Positions 41,081 to 57,300 of a stretch of 64,000 nt of DNA are shown piece by piece (within the stretch, counting starts at the first letter, position 1; each line of letters opens with the position of its first letter). A program made the position numbers and the translations under genes. The stretch comes from Eledone cirrhosa (taxonomy: Eukaryota). The notes beneath the pieces were generated by a model. That model made no database searches, was not told the origin of the DNA, and saw nothing but the letters and a program-made list of their open reading frames with translations. The stretch covers positions 34,224,001-34,288,000 of the forward strand of contig OZ024745.1 of NCBI GenBank assembly GCA_964016885.1. The letters are read 5' to 3'.

Positions 41081-41270
41081 GCTTGCGCGCGAAATTATGC
41101 GAATTTTATGAAAGGGGTAGAAAGTTTGTTAGAATAGTGTTTGTATAGAAGAAGGCGGAGGAGTAAATGAGTAATAGAGAGGAGATAAACGTAGAGTGAG
41201 GTGGAGGGAAGAGGAGGTATGGAGTGATAGTAATATATACAAAGTTATATAGAGTATTAAGAAATATATA

Positions 41271-42335
41271 ACTGTTTCTACTTTAGGCACAAGGCCAGCA
41301 ACTAACCAGTGCATTACTGGTACTTTATTTTATCGACCCCGTAAGGATGAAAGGCAAAGTTAACCTTGACCGGATTTGAACTCAGATGGTAAAGGGACGT
41401 AACTATGCTGGAAAGCATGGCGTCCGACGCTCTACCGATACTGCCAAATCACATATAACGTGCAATATATATATAAATGGAATAGAATGAAACGAAATTT
41501 CATTTCTCACACTTAGTACGGCACTTACTTAAATGCAAGTATGTATGTATGCGTATATATATATATAAGTATTGTATTGTTTCTTATACATTATATGCTG
41601 AGGTTTACTTTGCCTTACATCCTTACGGGGTCGATAAAATAAAGTACCAGTAATGCACTGGATAATTTGCTGGCCTTGTGCCAAAAGTAGAAACAATTAT
41701 ATATATATATATATATATATATACACTTGTGTGTGTATTATGTATGTATAAATAATTGTTTCTACTTTTGGCACGAAGCCAGCAAATTATCCAGTGCATT
41801 ACTGGTACTTTATTTTATCGACCCCGTAAGGATGAAAGGCAAAGTTATCCTCGGGGGGATTTGAAATCAGAATGGAAGGGGCCGTAACTCTATGCGTCAA
41901 AGCATGGCGTCCGACCATCTACCGATACCGCCAATGATTTCTAGTATAGGCACAAGTCCAGTAATTTACTGCTGCTTTATTTTATCGAGCCCCCCGTAAG
42001 GATGAAAGGCAAAGTTAACCTCGGCGGTATTTGAACTCAGACCATAAAGGGCCGTAACTCAATGCTGCAAAGCATGGCGTCCGACCCTCTACCGATACCG
42101 CCAATCCACCGCTCTTATGTATAAGTAATGGTTTCTGATTTAGGCACATGACTAGCAATTTTAGGGGAGAGGCAAGTCGATTAAATCGACCTCAGTGCAT
42201 CACTGGTGCTTTATTTTATCAATCCCGAAAGGATGAAAGGCAAAGCTAATTTCGGAGGGATTTGAACTTAGAGCGCAAAGGGCCGTAACTATATGCCGCA
42301 ATACATAATGTCCGACGCTCTAACGATACTACCAA
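41271..42335. mobile_element. Cluster of five SINE copies
   Basis: 41271-41451 (-), 41597-41700 (+), 41750-41934 (-), 41937-42111 (-), 42125-42335 (-, older subfamily). Confidence 0.9.
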
Positions 42336-43136
42336 TAACAATAATAATAATTATAATTATTATTAAGACAGATATGCCCTACGGTATTGTTCGGGTATAG
42401 AATAGCATATATATCTAAATATATTTAACAAATATTCACCTTCACTGCGAAGGCGCAGGGTTTAGTGGTTAGAGAATTGAATTCGCAATCGTGCTGTTGC
42501 GAGTTCGACTCCCAGACCGGTTGATACGCTTTTTTATCAGGCGTTGCATCCGATGGAAACATTGTTTCCTAGGTCCGATTTGACAAATTCCATCTCACTC
42601 GTTAAGCGAATGAGGCCTGGGACTTTTTCGATCGATTCCCTTAATTAATATTAATATCTCTATTCAACATTCCTTAAGTATGAAATCCAAATTTCAAAAT
42701 AGTCATATCCTATGTATCTATCTACCTATCTAATTCGCTGCAAATCTCTGCCCCCCCCCCCCCCCCCCCGCTCTCTCTCACACTCTCTCTTTCTCTCACT
42801 CTCTTTTTCCCTCTAGACACACACATATATACGTATTTATATAGCATATTGATAGAAAAGGCGTAGGATGTCATATAGAATGTCATTAGAAGCCTTTATA
42901 GAATTAAATATAAATGTAATAAAAGACGCTATATTCAAGGAAGGAAAGAAAGAAGGGCTGAGCCCATGACCCTTCTGAAACCCTGCGAAGCTATAGGGAA
43001 GAAGAAGAAAGGTATTCTCAAGTACAGCCCGGGGATTTGGTCTGAATATTTGCAACAAAGTAGACTCCGTTAAAAGCACCCAAGGACCAGCTGGTGGTGT
43101 TAAACAATTATGACTGTCTATCTATCTATTTATCCG

Positions 43137-43447
<311 letters not shown>

Positions 43448-43591
43448 GCAATATATATATGTATAATGTAGGAGGTGAGTTTTATTGTAGCACAATAAAG
43501 CAATGCAAATATCGGATAAGTAGCACTCAACAGTTTATAGGACTGGAGTATAAATAATATAAAATCAAAAGATGGTTAAAAGAGTTCCATG

Positions 43592-43662
43592 TATTTTATT
43601 ATTCGCATTTCAAAAACAAATATCATCATGGGATGATATTTGCGTTCTCATCAGATAAAATA
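43592..43662 (-). ncRNA. Minimal type-I hammerhead ribozyme
   Basis: Minus strand: tattttat-CTGATGA-gaacgcaaatatcatcccatgatgatatttgttttt-GAAA-tgcgaa-TA-ataaaata. Same stem I as 31105-31171. Confidence 0.75.
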
Positions 43663-44034
43663 GGGAGACATGATATGAAGCTTAAAAAACACTTGCGAGC
43701 AGTGAAGTGTTAAATCAACATATGAAAAATAAAATAAGATTGGGAAAAAAAAGGAAAGGAAGGGGGGGAAAGAAAAGGTAAGGAAGAGGAAGAAAGAATA
43801 TAATAAGAAAAAAAAAAAATAATAAGGAAAGGATAACGGAGGGGGAGAAATGAGTGAGAGAGAGAGATAACCTTTAAACACTGTCTCACGAAATAAAAAA
43901 AAACCGTTGTAAGATAATACATAATTTAAAAAAATTTAGAAATTAAAAGTTAATGAGGTTTATGAATGGTGATGTTTATGATTAAAGAAAAATGAATTAA
44001 GAATAGTATTTATTAAGGTTTATATATTGAAGGG

Positions 44035-44082
<48 letters not shown>

Positions 44083-44419
44083 AACACACACACTGGTAAT
44101 ATATATATGTATGATTGAATTAATTAAGAATACGCGTGCATATAGTTATTAAATTATATAAAATGTGGTATGATTCACTGTCTGTATCTGTGTGTGAGTG
44201 TCTGTGTAAGAGTGTGTGTCTGAGGTGGGGACGGGGATGGGGTAGGGTGGGGGGGGGGGGGGGTAGCTGATTAGGCCTCAGGAATCAAATTAAGCTAAAA
44301 TAGTTCGAAAGGGTGGTGGAAGGAGTAAAGATATAAATTGTCAGATGATAGACGGAGGGAGCGAGAGAAAGATAGAGATAGAAAGAGAGAGTGGCAGGAC
44401 GTGAGAGAGAGAGAGAGGA

Positions 44420-44473
<54 letters not shown>

Positions 44474-44479
44474 GGAGCG

Positions 44480-44546
<67 letters not shown>

Positions 44547-44619
44547 GTGGCAGGACGTGAGAGAGTGAGGGTGAGAGAGAGAGAGACAGAGCGAGAGAGG
44601 GAGGGAGAGAGAGAGCGGG

Positions 44620-44670
<51 letters not shown>

Positions 44671-44973
44671 GAGAGAGAACAGGGGGGGGGGGAGATGAAT
44701 ACCTTTTGTGTCCTGGAAGTGTTATTGTGTCAGTATTACCACAGCACCAGAGGTAATGCAGCGACAACCATCATCATCATCGTCATCGTTGGTGTCGTCA
44801 TCACCTTCCACCTCCCCATCGTCATCGGCCCTGTTGTCATCATCATCATCAACATCATCATCCGCCTCATCGTCGTTTTCGTCATCGTTGTCGTTGCATC
44901 GTTGATTTTCATTTCCTATCGCCGATTTCATTTAGTTAGTGGTCATCATCATCGTCGTAATCTCTGTCGAACC

Positions 44974-45194
<221 letters not shown>

Positions 45195-45459
45195 CGACTG
45201 TGATTTCTATCTAGTTTGGTCACATTCAGCTACGATGCAGTTTACAACTACACATGTTATTGCTTTATGACAGACAGCAGACTATGCACACATACCAATC
45301 CATACTTATCGAAAATGATTCATCTTGTGACATAAAATTGATAATAATCAATGTTGACGGTAAAATGGTGTGAAATAACATATAGGGTGTTGAATTCTGT
45401 AATCCTATATGAGAATTAAATCACGATTCATCCTTTTGTTTTTCATATTTAATGGTTTA

Positions 45460-45760
45460 GTCAAGAGTAAAGAGGGTTTTTGTTCCTTTCATGACCTTCA
45501 TAGGCCCTTTCCCTCCTGAGACTGGTGAGAAATCGATGTGGTTAATGTTCATCCGAGTAACTTCATATCGACGACTGCAGGATATACATGTGTGGTTGTG
45601 TGGAGTTGGGGGTAGGGGAAATTGTAAATTGGGAATTCCAAAGGATGACTCTGAAAAGAAAAGATTATGAAACGAGTTAGTGCTAGTCTCATGTATGGGG
45701 ATGGAAGGGCGGATATTAAAGTAGATAAGATGAGGAGAATCTAATGTAAGAGTGGGGTCA
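45460..45760 (-). mobile_element. Possible decayed CR1/L2-type LINE 3' fragment
   Basis: Minus-strand peptides STNSFHNLFF, then after a frameshift ILWNS, resemble the RT..F..SFF.R...LWN.L terminus. Confidence 0.3.
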
Positions 45761-46823
45761 TACAACTTTAAGGTCGTATGTGGTTTTCTAAGAGAAGCAC
45801 AAGTTTCACAAGTCAAACCTTCACAGTGGAGTATTATTTTACTGATTTCATTTTATTTAACGTCTACGTTTTCATCTAATTATGATTCGTAGAATAACCA
45901 GATTTTGTTACAGTTTTATATAAATAACTCTGGGTTAACATAATGTGTTTTCACAATATGGCCCCATTGGATGCAAATTAGTTGAAATACGGCCATCAAG
46001 CATACACGAGTTTCCTACTTCTGAACAAATATGTCAGGTGGTCTTGGATGGAAGTTATTCATATCTAGCAAACTCCGATGGAAGTTATTCATATCTTGCA
46101 AACCCCGAGAATCGGAGATCATTGTAATTAAGAGTTATCGTTTTAAGTTCATATTTCTATGTTTTCACAGCCTCGAGCAAGCCCGCAGCTTATCTCGGGT
46201 TTATTAAGCAACTGAGAGCAACCTTAGAAGTGAGGTCATTATTTGCACCCCTTTACGTTTATTATGTTGCCTTGTCATTGTTGTAACTGTAGAAAAGTTA
46301 CAAAGAGGTGTCAGCACAAAAACATTCATTGGCAACCGTCTGACTGGGAGACATTCATAGCCCTCACTACACTCAATTCAATAGATGTAGCTAGCGTTGT
46401 TGTTGTTAGTACAGTTCAGCTTGTAGACGTTTAGTCTGCCTCACATGAAGCTGCATCACATATGAGGTTTCAAAGGCCCCAGTTAGTTCTATCATAAGAA
46501 CTCAGTAGAAAATCCAGGTGAGGCGAAATGTCAATTGTTCAGATGTCGGGGCTGATCTGCATGTTGTAACTTTACCTCGCTCTTTCATAACTTTAGTAAA
46601 CTTCAATCTGTTGCGCGCATTCGGACCTGGTTCCCGATTTCTTCACCATAAAAAGGTATAGAAAGATACAAGAAATATATTATCATTAGATAAAATATAT
46701 TATCATTAGATAAAATATATACAGTATTTCTTCTCTCAATCAGCATAAATCAACCACACAAAAATTCCTTTAAACATATATATATATATATATATTTATA
46801 TACAATAAGGGCTTTATTCACAT

Positions 46824-47029
<206 letters not shown>

Positions 47030-47084
47030 CATACATACATATATATACATATATATACACACACATATATATATATATATACAC

Positions 47085-47140
<56 letters not shown>

Positions 47141-47898
47141 TTCTACAAGATCAAATCTTCCGATCCCATTTCACATTGGACAATGTAGTCCCAGATATAA
47201 TATAAAATAGAAGGTATGGTCACGCCTGGAACGACTTTGATCCAAGTTGTGCTCGATCAGCCCTAACATAGTGTTAAACAGCAACAATATCAACAACAAC
47301 ATCAACGACAATCTACTACTACAACAACAATTCTAACAATAACCAAGTCAACAACGACTTACATAATATTAAAACGCAACAGACAATAAATACATACATT
47401 TTTAGAGAAGGACAACTGTTGCAGCTAGCTGTAGTAGCAGCATCAGTAGCATCAGTAGCATCAGTAGCATCACTAGCATTGAGTGGTAGACGTTGCTTCG
47501 TTTAAACACCACCACCTGACCCACGGACTGCCTTCACGGAGTTTATGTTCTTGTAAGCATTTGTCTTGAGTCTTCGGTATGAGCAGAATATCTCACTTTC
47601 CTCGCAGCAATCTCTGCGCCCCTTAATAAATTATGTAAAAAAAAAAAAAAAAAATATATAGAAAATAAAATAAATGATATAAAACAAACAACTGTAGCGC
47701 CGGTATCAACTACAACAACAGAGTTAGTAAGGGAGTGTCTATGTGGCTGTGTGCTAGAAACAACAGCCAACCATCGTGCGAATCAGGCTTTATAATCTTG
47801 GACAATAGATGGACATAATGGATAATGTATTCCCAGAAATGTCTTAAAAAACTACTACTACTGCTACTACAACAACTACTACTACTGCTGCTGCTACA

Positions 47899-47944
<46 letters not shown>

Positions 47945-47945
47945 A

Positions 47946-47976
<31 letters not shown>

Positions 47977-50900
47977 ACTACTACTACTACTACTACTGAT
48001 GTTGCTACTGCTTCTATTGCTGCTGCTATTACTGCTGCTATTATTACTAGCCCTGCTGTTGTTGTCATTGCCGCTGCGGCAAACATTTTTATTATTTAAG
48101 TGATTTGTTGAGTTACTTTACCGTCTCAGTTCATGTCCCGATGAGGTCAAATTTGTATTTCATGCTTCTCAATGGGAAATATTAGATGAAATAGCAGTTA
48201 CGTACTGGGGACGATTTAATTACCGATGTTGTTGTTGTTTCATTACAACTATTTGTTTATCGGGATTTTTTATATCGTTATATGTATTGTTGATTTTCTT
48301 GACAAAGAACTTCCATATGACCTTCCTCTCCATAAACAAAACAACCTGCTTTTCAGCTCACAAATACTAATCCCAAATCATTTACTGTATGGGCTTTTAA
48401 AAAAAAAGAAGTATACATTATGGTCTTGTAGATTTCTAGGGTATCCATCACGTGGAAATACTGATATATTTTTAACCAGTCTTTCTATTCTATATAGTTA
48501 TGTCAACCAACACCCCCCGAAGAAGTTTATCCAGTCAACAGGGCAAAGTCTTATTAGTGTTCACATTGTCATATTTTCATTTCTAATATCTTAAAACCTC
48601 GGATTGTTCCCAGAACATTCGTCGAAGTGTAAAATTAAATGACTAATCTAAATGAGGAATTTCCCCTATATATTATCAATGTTGCAGTTGCGATAAAATT
48701 ATTCGGTACGCTCTGTAAAGTGGTTGGCAATAGGAAGGGCATCATTCCGTGTGAATCATGTCAAAATATGAAACGTATGAACAAAACGCGATTCTCAGAC
48801 AAAACAAGTCTCGGAACGTGAAAAATTACCCAACCTTAGCCAGCATGGAAAGCCACTGTGAAATGATGACCATCATGATGATGATGGTGATGATTGGCTA
48901 TGTGCATTTGAAGTCTCCTCTAGGCCAGCTTTTGAAACTGCTTTTATTATGGGAGATGTATTTAAACGGTTTTTGTTAATATTTAGGGAATATTTCGCCC
49001 TCTCCACAATTAACGTATGACCGTACCTCAATTATTTGGGTGAGTGAGTGACAGACGTATTCTAACTCTTACATTGAGTGCAACAGTATTTCATTTACTG
49101 CTATTATTTCACTTCTCTCTTTGTCACGCTGTTTCATGCTGACATCACTATGGTCACGGGATATCTTATTGCATTTGTTGTTTAACTCCAAATCGGCATT
49201 GAACGAGGGTGTGACTCGTGCTCAGTTTGGTTGTTATTACCAACTGGTTAGGCGACCACGTAGTGACTCACTTGTTACTTCGTTTTTGTTGCAACAGCTA
49301 TAATATGCTTATATTATTGTTATTACTTTGTCATTTTTCGCAGGTGTTGTTGGTGTTTAGTCATAAGCCAGCTTTTATTCTTTCGTTACCAAAGTTCTAA
49401 TTCAAGACGCAGCCTATAGGTTTCAATAACTTCTGAAAATACTCAAGAATTTGTAGTGACTTGGTAAAATAATTAACTTTCTCTTCATGTATTTTGTGTT
49501 TGAAGCATAACTTATTTAACAAGGGTTTTCACATAAAATTATGATGGAAGGCATTTATATAAATATAAACACTTTAAACCAAAAACTTTTACAATATAAC
49601 ACTTTGTGAGTTCAGGAAGTTTGTTATCAAAATGTTTGATCGAGTAGATCTATGATCAAATGTATTCAAGCTGTTATCATATTGTCTTTTGTTCTATATC
49701 TAGTGTATTGATGACTACAATATCTAAGGAATTTCTTCTTTTTAAAGTAATCTATATGGTGGAAATGTGGCTGCTATTTCTTGCATATCCAGTGACTGGG
49801 TATCGTCAAGAGTTATTTGTTGTTTTACTATCAATGCTGTTGATACTGTTAATGATGGTATTCTTTCTGTTATTTGGAAAAGTAAGCAATGACTGGTCGA
49901 TTCTTTTTTATGTCGGTCACCCCAGAGACATCCTGTGTACTCGGTCTTCTGCCGTTTCCCACCACAACACCGAGTCGAAGGCATCAATCTTCAGCAAGGA
50001 TCCCCTCGAGGTGAAATGACTGAATCAGCCAGTATCGATAGCTGTTCTCTGTGGGGTGCAGCTGAGATATGCTGTCCAACCAAGAGTATACAGCCTTCTC
50101 CCTCTCCTTTTCTCTCTTTTTTTTTTGTCACTATGATATTGTAAATATAGTTTAACCTCATGAATAAAAATAATAAAATAATAAAATAATAAATAATAAC
50201 AATATCCCTACTTTAGAAAAATGTAGTGACAACTGCTTTGAGAAAAATATTTCTATCACATCCATGGACATGGATATATATATATTCAGGACTGAATGAG
50301 AAGTCACACTGGACAGCTTTTCCTTTCCCTCTTTCTCTCCTTTTTCTTCATCCTATTCCTCCTGCTCACCTTCCTCCTTCTCTCTTATACGACCCCTCAT
50401 TCTCCCCTCCCTCTCCCTTGTCTCTCTCTTCTTCCTCCTCCCCCTCCGGTTCCTCGATAGAATGACAACGGTAGAAATACGACCAGTTCTAGCTTACGGT
50501 AGAAGAGACAGAAACGAATATTTAAAAAGCATTTAATCACGAGCAGCCGGAACACGTGCCTTTTAGCAGCAATACTGGTTTTAAAAACGACAGAGAAGTG
50601 TCTGTGAGACCCATTCAACATGTTAGTAATAACAACCATGTCTCGCTAGAATAACTATTATAGAAATACATAGATGAACACGACATAGTGAATGAGAGGG
50701 TGGGGTAGATGTAATTGAGAGAAAGACAGAGAGTGAGAGAGTGTGTGGAAAAGAAAAAAAAGCGAGGAAAAGGAAAGGATCAGAATGTGCGAAAGAGATA
50801 GCACAAGTGGGAATGAAAGAAGTCAAAAGGGTTAGAATTCCGTAACAAAAAAATTACATTAAAATAAGTCCTTTAAACAATTATCGCTAGCATTAAACAA

Positions 50901-51365
50901 GAAGATAAGTTACTATCATTATTGTATGAGTGGAAATATGGGAATTATGTTATTAAATGAGATTAAATTCTTAAATTGATGACGTTGCGAAACGAGAAAC
51001 TTGCTAGAATTGTAATTGTATTGTAATTTTTAAAGAAAGAAGGGAGATAATTCTAGTTTCACTTTCACATAGATTTATAGACAATAATCTCATTAAAATA
51101 AACTTTAAATTTAAATGAATTAGAATTGATATCTTTAATTCTAAAATGGAAAATGTGCAACAAACATTAGAATTATTAATTTACATTGTTAAAAATAATT
51201 ATTATTAGTATTAGGCATTATAATATATGTAATTGCGAAAAGTCTACGCGGACTTCTACGCGTCATGATGATAATAAAAAGAAATTAATAAAGAATTCTT
51301 TGGTGATCGCCATTCTGTTAGTATAAGTAGGTGTTTTAACATATGGTGAGTTTCGAACTGTTGTA

Positions 51366-51524
<159 letters not shown>

Positions 51525-52817
51525 TATATGTGCTTGACGGAGAGTTCAATACAGTTCGTAGATGAATGAAAGAACGAGTAAAGGCATTTTCACATTATAC
51601 AGGAATGCGTCTGTCTCTGTATATGACTGTGCTACACGAGAACATCTATGAATATAAATAAGCAGTTTATATTATTTACATATAGATATGAAAACAGTAG
51701 AGTGTTTACAAAAATTACCGAACTGGGGAATTCATTGTTTATTCTCGGCCAAACATACAGCAGTTAACCGCGCTTTTCAAATCTCCTTTTAACGTGTTAT
51801 ATAACTACGCGTAATAAAGTTGTAAAAGAAAATGGAAGATTGTTTTGTACTTTGTATACAAAGTATTAAAACATTTATAAAGTCTTGAGTACGTTTTAGT
51901 AGTTTGTTTTTCTCATAATACATGACAAGCCATCAAAAATGTTTGAGAAGTTTTCACCTTATAGCACTCATTAGTTCTCTTAACCACTACAATTGTAGTG
52001 ATCAATTTTGAGTAGTACACGAAAATGATTAAGTGAAATTAAGCAACGAAAGCATGGGATTCGAACTATAAGATAATCATACAAGCTACAATGATTGTCA
52101 TATATATATATATATAGAGATTGTATGCTACATGTCACATCTATCGTCTTGATCTGAAAATCTAGAAAATATTAACGTATGTTGGAATCAGTTCGATCAC
52201 AGGGCTGTTCAATGAGGGCTGATCGTCCTCAATACCAATAACAACATACATGATAGCAACAGGTCAGCCATGCATAGAAAGACATTACTTTTTCATGTTA
52301 CACTAACGCTACTATACAACATATCACTACATGCTAGCGGACTACTCATGAAATTTTACAGTTCTTTTGCCGTACCTGGTGAATTTTTCCTATATTGTGG
52401 TATCTGTATTCAGATAGGCACATTGGCTTGTCTGAAAAAGAAAAAAAAATTAGAATTGCATTTCTTTTCCGTGCCCACCAAGGGGGTGATGAAAATAGGG
52501 ATTGTTGGGAGTAGGATCTGGTTCCATCTTTCTTGACCCATTCACAGAGGATAAAATGACCCCAGTTCTTCAATAGAGACTTTTATCGACCCGGAAAGAA
52601 TGAAAAGAAAAGTTAACCTCTGCGAGGTCTGAACTCAGACAGCGGAGATAATTATCTGACATCATAACAACTCTGCCAATATGTCGTCTGCCAATATGTT
52701 GTCATGTTAATAATATATCAGAAAAAAGTTGTGAAGAAAAATCTGTAGCATCAGTAAGAACTCAGCGGTATCGTAGGTTACGCAGAAGTTATTTTGTACT
52801 GTGAGACACTATAAAAA

Positions 52818-52920
<103 letters not shown>

Positions 52921-53020
52921 ACATGTGTGTTTTAAACAATGAAAATAAAACAAAAGGCGAAGATAAGTCTTTAATTAGTTCATTGCTTTGCGATCGACTC
53001 AAAGTATATATACATTATAC

Positions 53021-53087
<67 letters not shown>

Positions 53088-53400
53088 CATACACACAAAC
53101 ATACACACACACATATAACACATAAACTCACATATATATTAATATTTATATATAGATAAAGTAAATACCTCAGATTTCAATTAAATATAATTGGCAAATA
53201 ACTAATCGGGTTTGCACAGTTAAACCGGTTAGCAAAAGGAAATCAAGTTGGTAATGTTTAAGCAATTAACCGTATCAACTTTAGTTTAATGCTAGTTTCT
53301 CTGCTTTTTTTGCTTTTTATCTATTTATACCTTTTTATGTATGAACAAGCTACAACACGTGCAAAACCATGAATATTACACACAACTGCCCTCATGCGAG

Positions 53401-53445
<45 letters not shown>

Positions 53446-53447
<2 letters not shown>

Positions 53448-53579
53448 TGGCTGCCAACTCGTTTTCGAGTACGGCCACTACTCTATATCCATGTAGGAGA
53501 ACCCCTACCAGTGCGCTGAACGAGTGTGACTTTTTAGTCCAGCCAGCGACTTCAAAACTCTGGTACAAACACTACACTT
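53446..53579 (-). mobile_element. RTE-type 3' end, short
   Basis: Encodes [24 protein letters not shown]; same 3'UTR as the other copies. Confidence 0.75.
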
Positions 53580-53977
53580 ATATATATACATATATACATA
53601 TATATACATATATATACATATATATACATATATACATATATATATAGATATATACATATATATACATATATATACATATATATACATACATATATATTAT
53701 ATAATTGTGTGTGTGTGTGTATGTATCTATTATGTAAGCTTGTATGTATTTTCAGTTCCATTTATCAACATTGTTTTAGTATGTATTTCTCTATTTGTTT
53801 CACTTATCTCTCCCTCTCTCAACACACATATATTACTATCTAATCCTCTCTGTTCACCTTTTCCGATTCCAGGGTACTTTACCAAACACTCCTCCACTAT
53901 TATTTATAGTTTGATATAACTATTATTATAATCACATTGCACTGTGGTAACTATATTTTTAAAGTTCATATTCTCTC

Positions 53978-54040
<63 letters not shown>

Positions 54041-54071
54041 ATGTATGTATGTATATATATATATATGTATG

Positions 54072-54205
<134 letters not shown>

Positions 54206-54208
54206 ATT

Positions 54209-54244
<36 letters not shown>

Positions 54245-54266
54245 GATATATATTTATATATATATT

Positions 54267-54426
<160 letters not shown>

Positions 54427-54449
54427 TTATATTTATTAAAATAAATATT

Positions 54450-54543
54450 TTTATAAATATTTGCTCTCCGGTTCTTATATATCTGATATATATTTATCCT
54501 TATCGAGCCCTCTTTGGATTTTAGTCTTCAAATTTATTATTAT

Positions 54544-54548
<5 letters not shown>
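54450..54548 (-). mobile_element. (TA)n-associated short repeat, family C
   Basis: gaagactaaaatccaaagagggctcgataaggataaat is shared with 12369-12423 and 16990-17085. Confidence 0.7.
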
Positions 54549-54600
<52 letters not shown>

Positions 54601-54603
<3 letters not shown>

Positions 54604-54767
54604 TTGAAATGACATCTACAGGGCTAGATTTCATACGAATGAAACAGTTCTAGTTCTGTAGAAGTCACTTCTATATAAAATAAAGATACCTATACTCTAA
54701 AACATATTGAGTACCTCTTGAAACTGTGGTCACCTCTCGATGCCCATAGGGAATTGCACCCATAATT
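54601..54767 (+). mobile_element. Family B hairpin mini-element
   Basis: Imperfect palindrome gaaatgacatctacagggctaga...tctagttctgtagaagtcacttc, then a tail with tattgagtac. (TA)n on both sides. Confidence 0.7.
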
Positions 54768-55175
54768 ATATATATATATATATATATACATATATGTATA
54801 TATATGTGTGTGTGCTTGTGTGTATTTATGTGTGTATGTGTGTGTGTCCGTGTGTGTTTATATTATACATAGATCACCTCCTTGCTCCTTGTTAACAATG
54901 AAGATTGATGTACAGATAATAGGACTTCTAGAAAGATTGATAGAACAAAAGTGTTTGAAGATTTTTATAGGATGTGAATTAATTTCTAAATCTAGTCCTT
55001 ATTTATTCTAAGCTAGGGTGACGATAACTTTCAAAGTGAAAGTAGCTTTTGCTTCTTTCTTTCTCAATAACCATTGATTTTCGCATCTTGTTTAAATTTC
55101 TTTCCAAGGTCACACACATATACAGACGCAAACATAACAATTCACACTAAAGGTGTTTTTAGATACACGCACCCA

Positions 55176-55282
55176 TCTTCTTCTTCTTCTTCTTCTTCTT
55201 CTTCTTCTTCTTCTTCTTCTTCTTCTTCTTCTTCTTCTTCTTCTTCTTCTTCTTCTTCTTCTTCTTCTTCTTCTTCTTCTTC
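55176..55282. repeat. (TCT)n microsatellite
   Basis: Directly visible. Confidence 0.98.
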
Positions 55283-55658
55283 TCCTCCTCCTCCTCACAA
55301 GCGAATAACGATAATAACGACGACGCCGACGACGACGACGACAACAACAACACAAATAACTACAAAAACAACATCCAGTATATCAATAAAACCCAACAAC
55401 AGTAACAAGAAAGGCAACAGCCATGACGATGACGACAACGAGATGACATCGACGTAAACGATGGTAAACACCGCCACCACCACCAACGCGTTCACACATA
55501 ACAACAACAACAACAACAACAACAGCAACAACTAGACAACAACTGCAACAAACATGCATAGCGAACAAAATTTGACTTTAACCGGAGCAAATATTTTACA
55601 AATTACATACATATAATTTTACATTGAACCGTATGTATGGTATGTTGATATTTTGTTA

Positions 55659-55705
<47 letters not shown>

Positions 55706-55837
55706 CTCTCTCTCTCTATCTATCTCTCTTTCTCTATCTCTCCTCCTCTGACTATCTATCTACTGTCTCTTTGTCTCTCTATCTCTCTATCTACCTGTCT
55801 ATCTATTTATTTATCTGTCGCTCTCTCCTTCCTCTTT

Positions 55838-55903
<66 letters not shown>

Positions 55904-55925
55904 GTGTATATATATATATTTATAC

Positions 55926-55998
<73 letters not shown>

Positions 55999-56099
55999 TA
56001 TATGTATGTATGTATATATATATATACACACATGTATAAATATATATATACATGTGTGTATATATATTTATACATGTGTGTATATATATATATATATAT

Positions 56100-56163
<64 letters not shown>

Positions 56164-57113
56164 GGATAAGTATGTATGTTCATATATATATATGCTTACT
56201 ATCAACCTTTAAAATTGCATTACACAAAATGTTTGCCGTTCGTCTGTATGTTATAGACAAGTAATCATCTTCAATCTACTACACCCTCCCCTATCCTTAT
56301 TATTAATGTGTGTGTGTGTGTGGGGGGGGGGGGGTCATTAACTAAAGTTATATCTCTGATATGTTTATGGTTGATTCATCTATTTTGTCTTTGTGACCCT
56401 TTTTGAATATCATTCTGCACTGAGTCTATTTCAATTGCCCTGTTTTTACGCTACCCTAACCAGACTGCAATTACAGTCTCTTTGCGAACCCTGGTATTAC
56501 CTAGCATTCTGTAGTAACACTGTTTCAAACACCCTGCAATGACACTGTCCATATCACCCATGACAGTACCTCTAATAGTCTGCAGTAACACTATTTCAAC
56601 CACCCTGATACTGTCCGTACCACCCCTCATAATAACTTTACCATTCTGCAGTGACTCCATTTCAACCTGTTGCAATGCTATTTAAATCACTCAGCAATGA
56701 CACTAGCTCAGTCAACCTTCAATGACATTTTATCAAGCATTCTGCAGAGACAAGTCTCACTACCACCATGTACTGTCACTATATCAGTCACCCTGTACTG
56801 ACATTATATCAGCCACCCAGGAGTGTCAATATACCAGCCACCCAGCAGTGATTCCTTATCAGCCATCCTGCAGGGATAACTCTCTCCACCACCCTGCACA
56901 GATACTTTATCAGTCACCCTGCAGGGATAACCTTCTCCACAACCCTACCGTTACACTATATCTGCCACCCTGCACTGACACTATTTCAGCTACCCTGCAG
57001 GGATAACTCTCACCTCCCACCCCTGCTGTGCTCCCTATCACCCTGTTGTAAAAGTACTCCAAACATTCTATTGTGGCATTTTTTAGCTACCCTACAGTGA
57101 CATTTTATCTTAT

Positions 57114-57300
57114 GGTGGATTGGCAGTATCGGTAGAGGGTCGGACGCCATGCTTTGCAGCAAAGAGTTGCAGCCCTTTATGGTCTGAGTTCAAATCCTGT
57201 CGAGGTTAACTTTGCCTTTCATCCTTACGGGGTCGATAAAATAAAGTACCAGTAATGTACTGGTGAATTGCTGGCCTTGTGCCTAAAGTAGAAACAATTA
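57114..57300 (+). mobile_element. tRNA-derived SINE, full length
   Basis: Consensus match with a tatcttat TSD. Inserted in a degenerate ~25-bp tandem array. Confidence 0.93.

Noticed and set aside
42451-42520. tRNA-like sequence with A and B boxes
   Set aside because: The cloverleaf does not close. It is the head of an old SINE, not a tRNA gene.
49900-49995. Minus-strand KIDAFD...W.DR peptide resembling an RTE ORF region
   Set aside because: Very short and frameshifted; insufficient evidence.
50966-51009. TTGATGA-cgttgcgaaacga-GAAA-cttgcta
   Set aside because: U3-G8 is not compensatory, stem I is offset and stem III is not palindromic.
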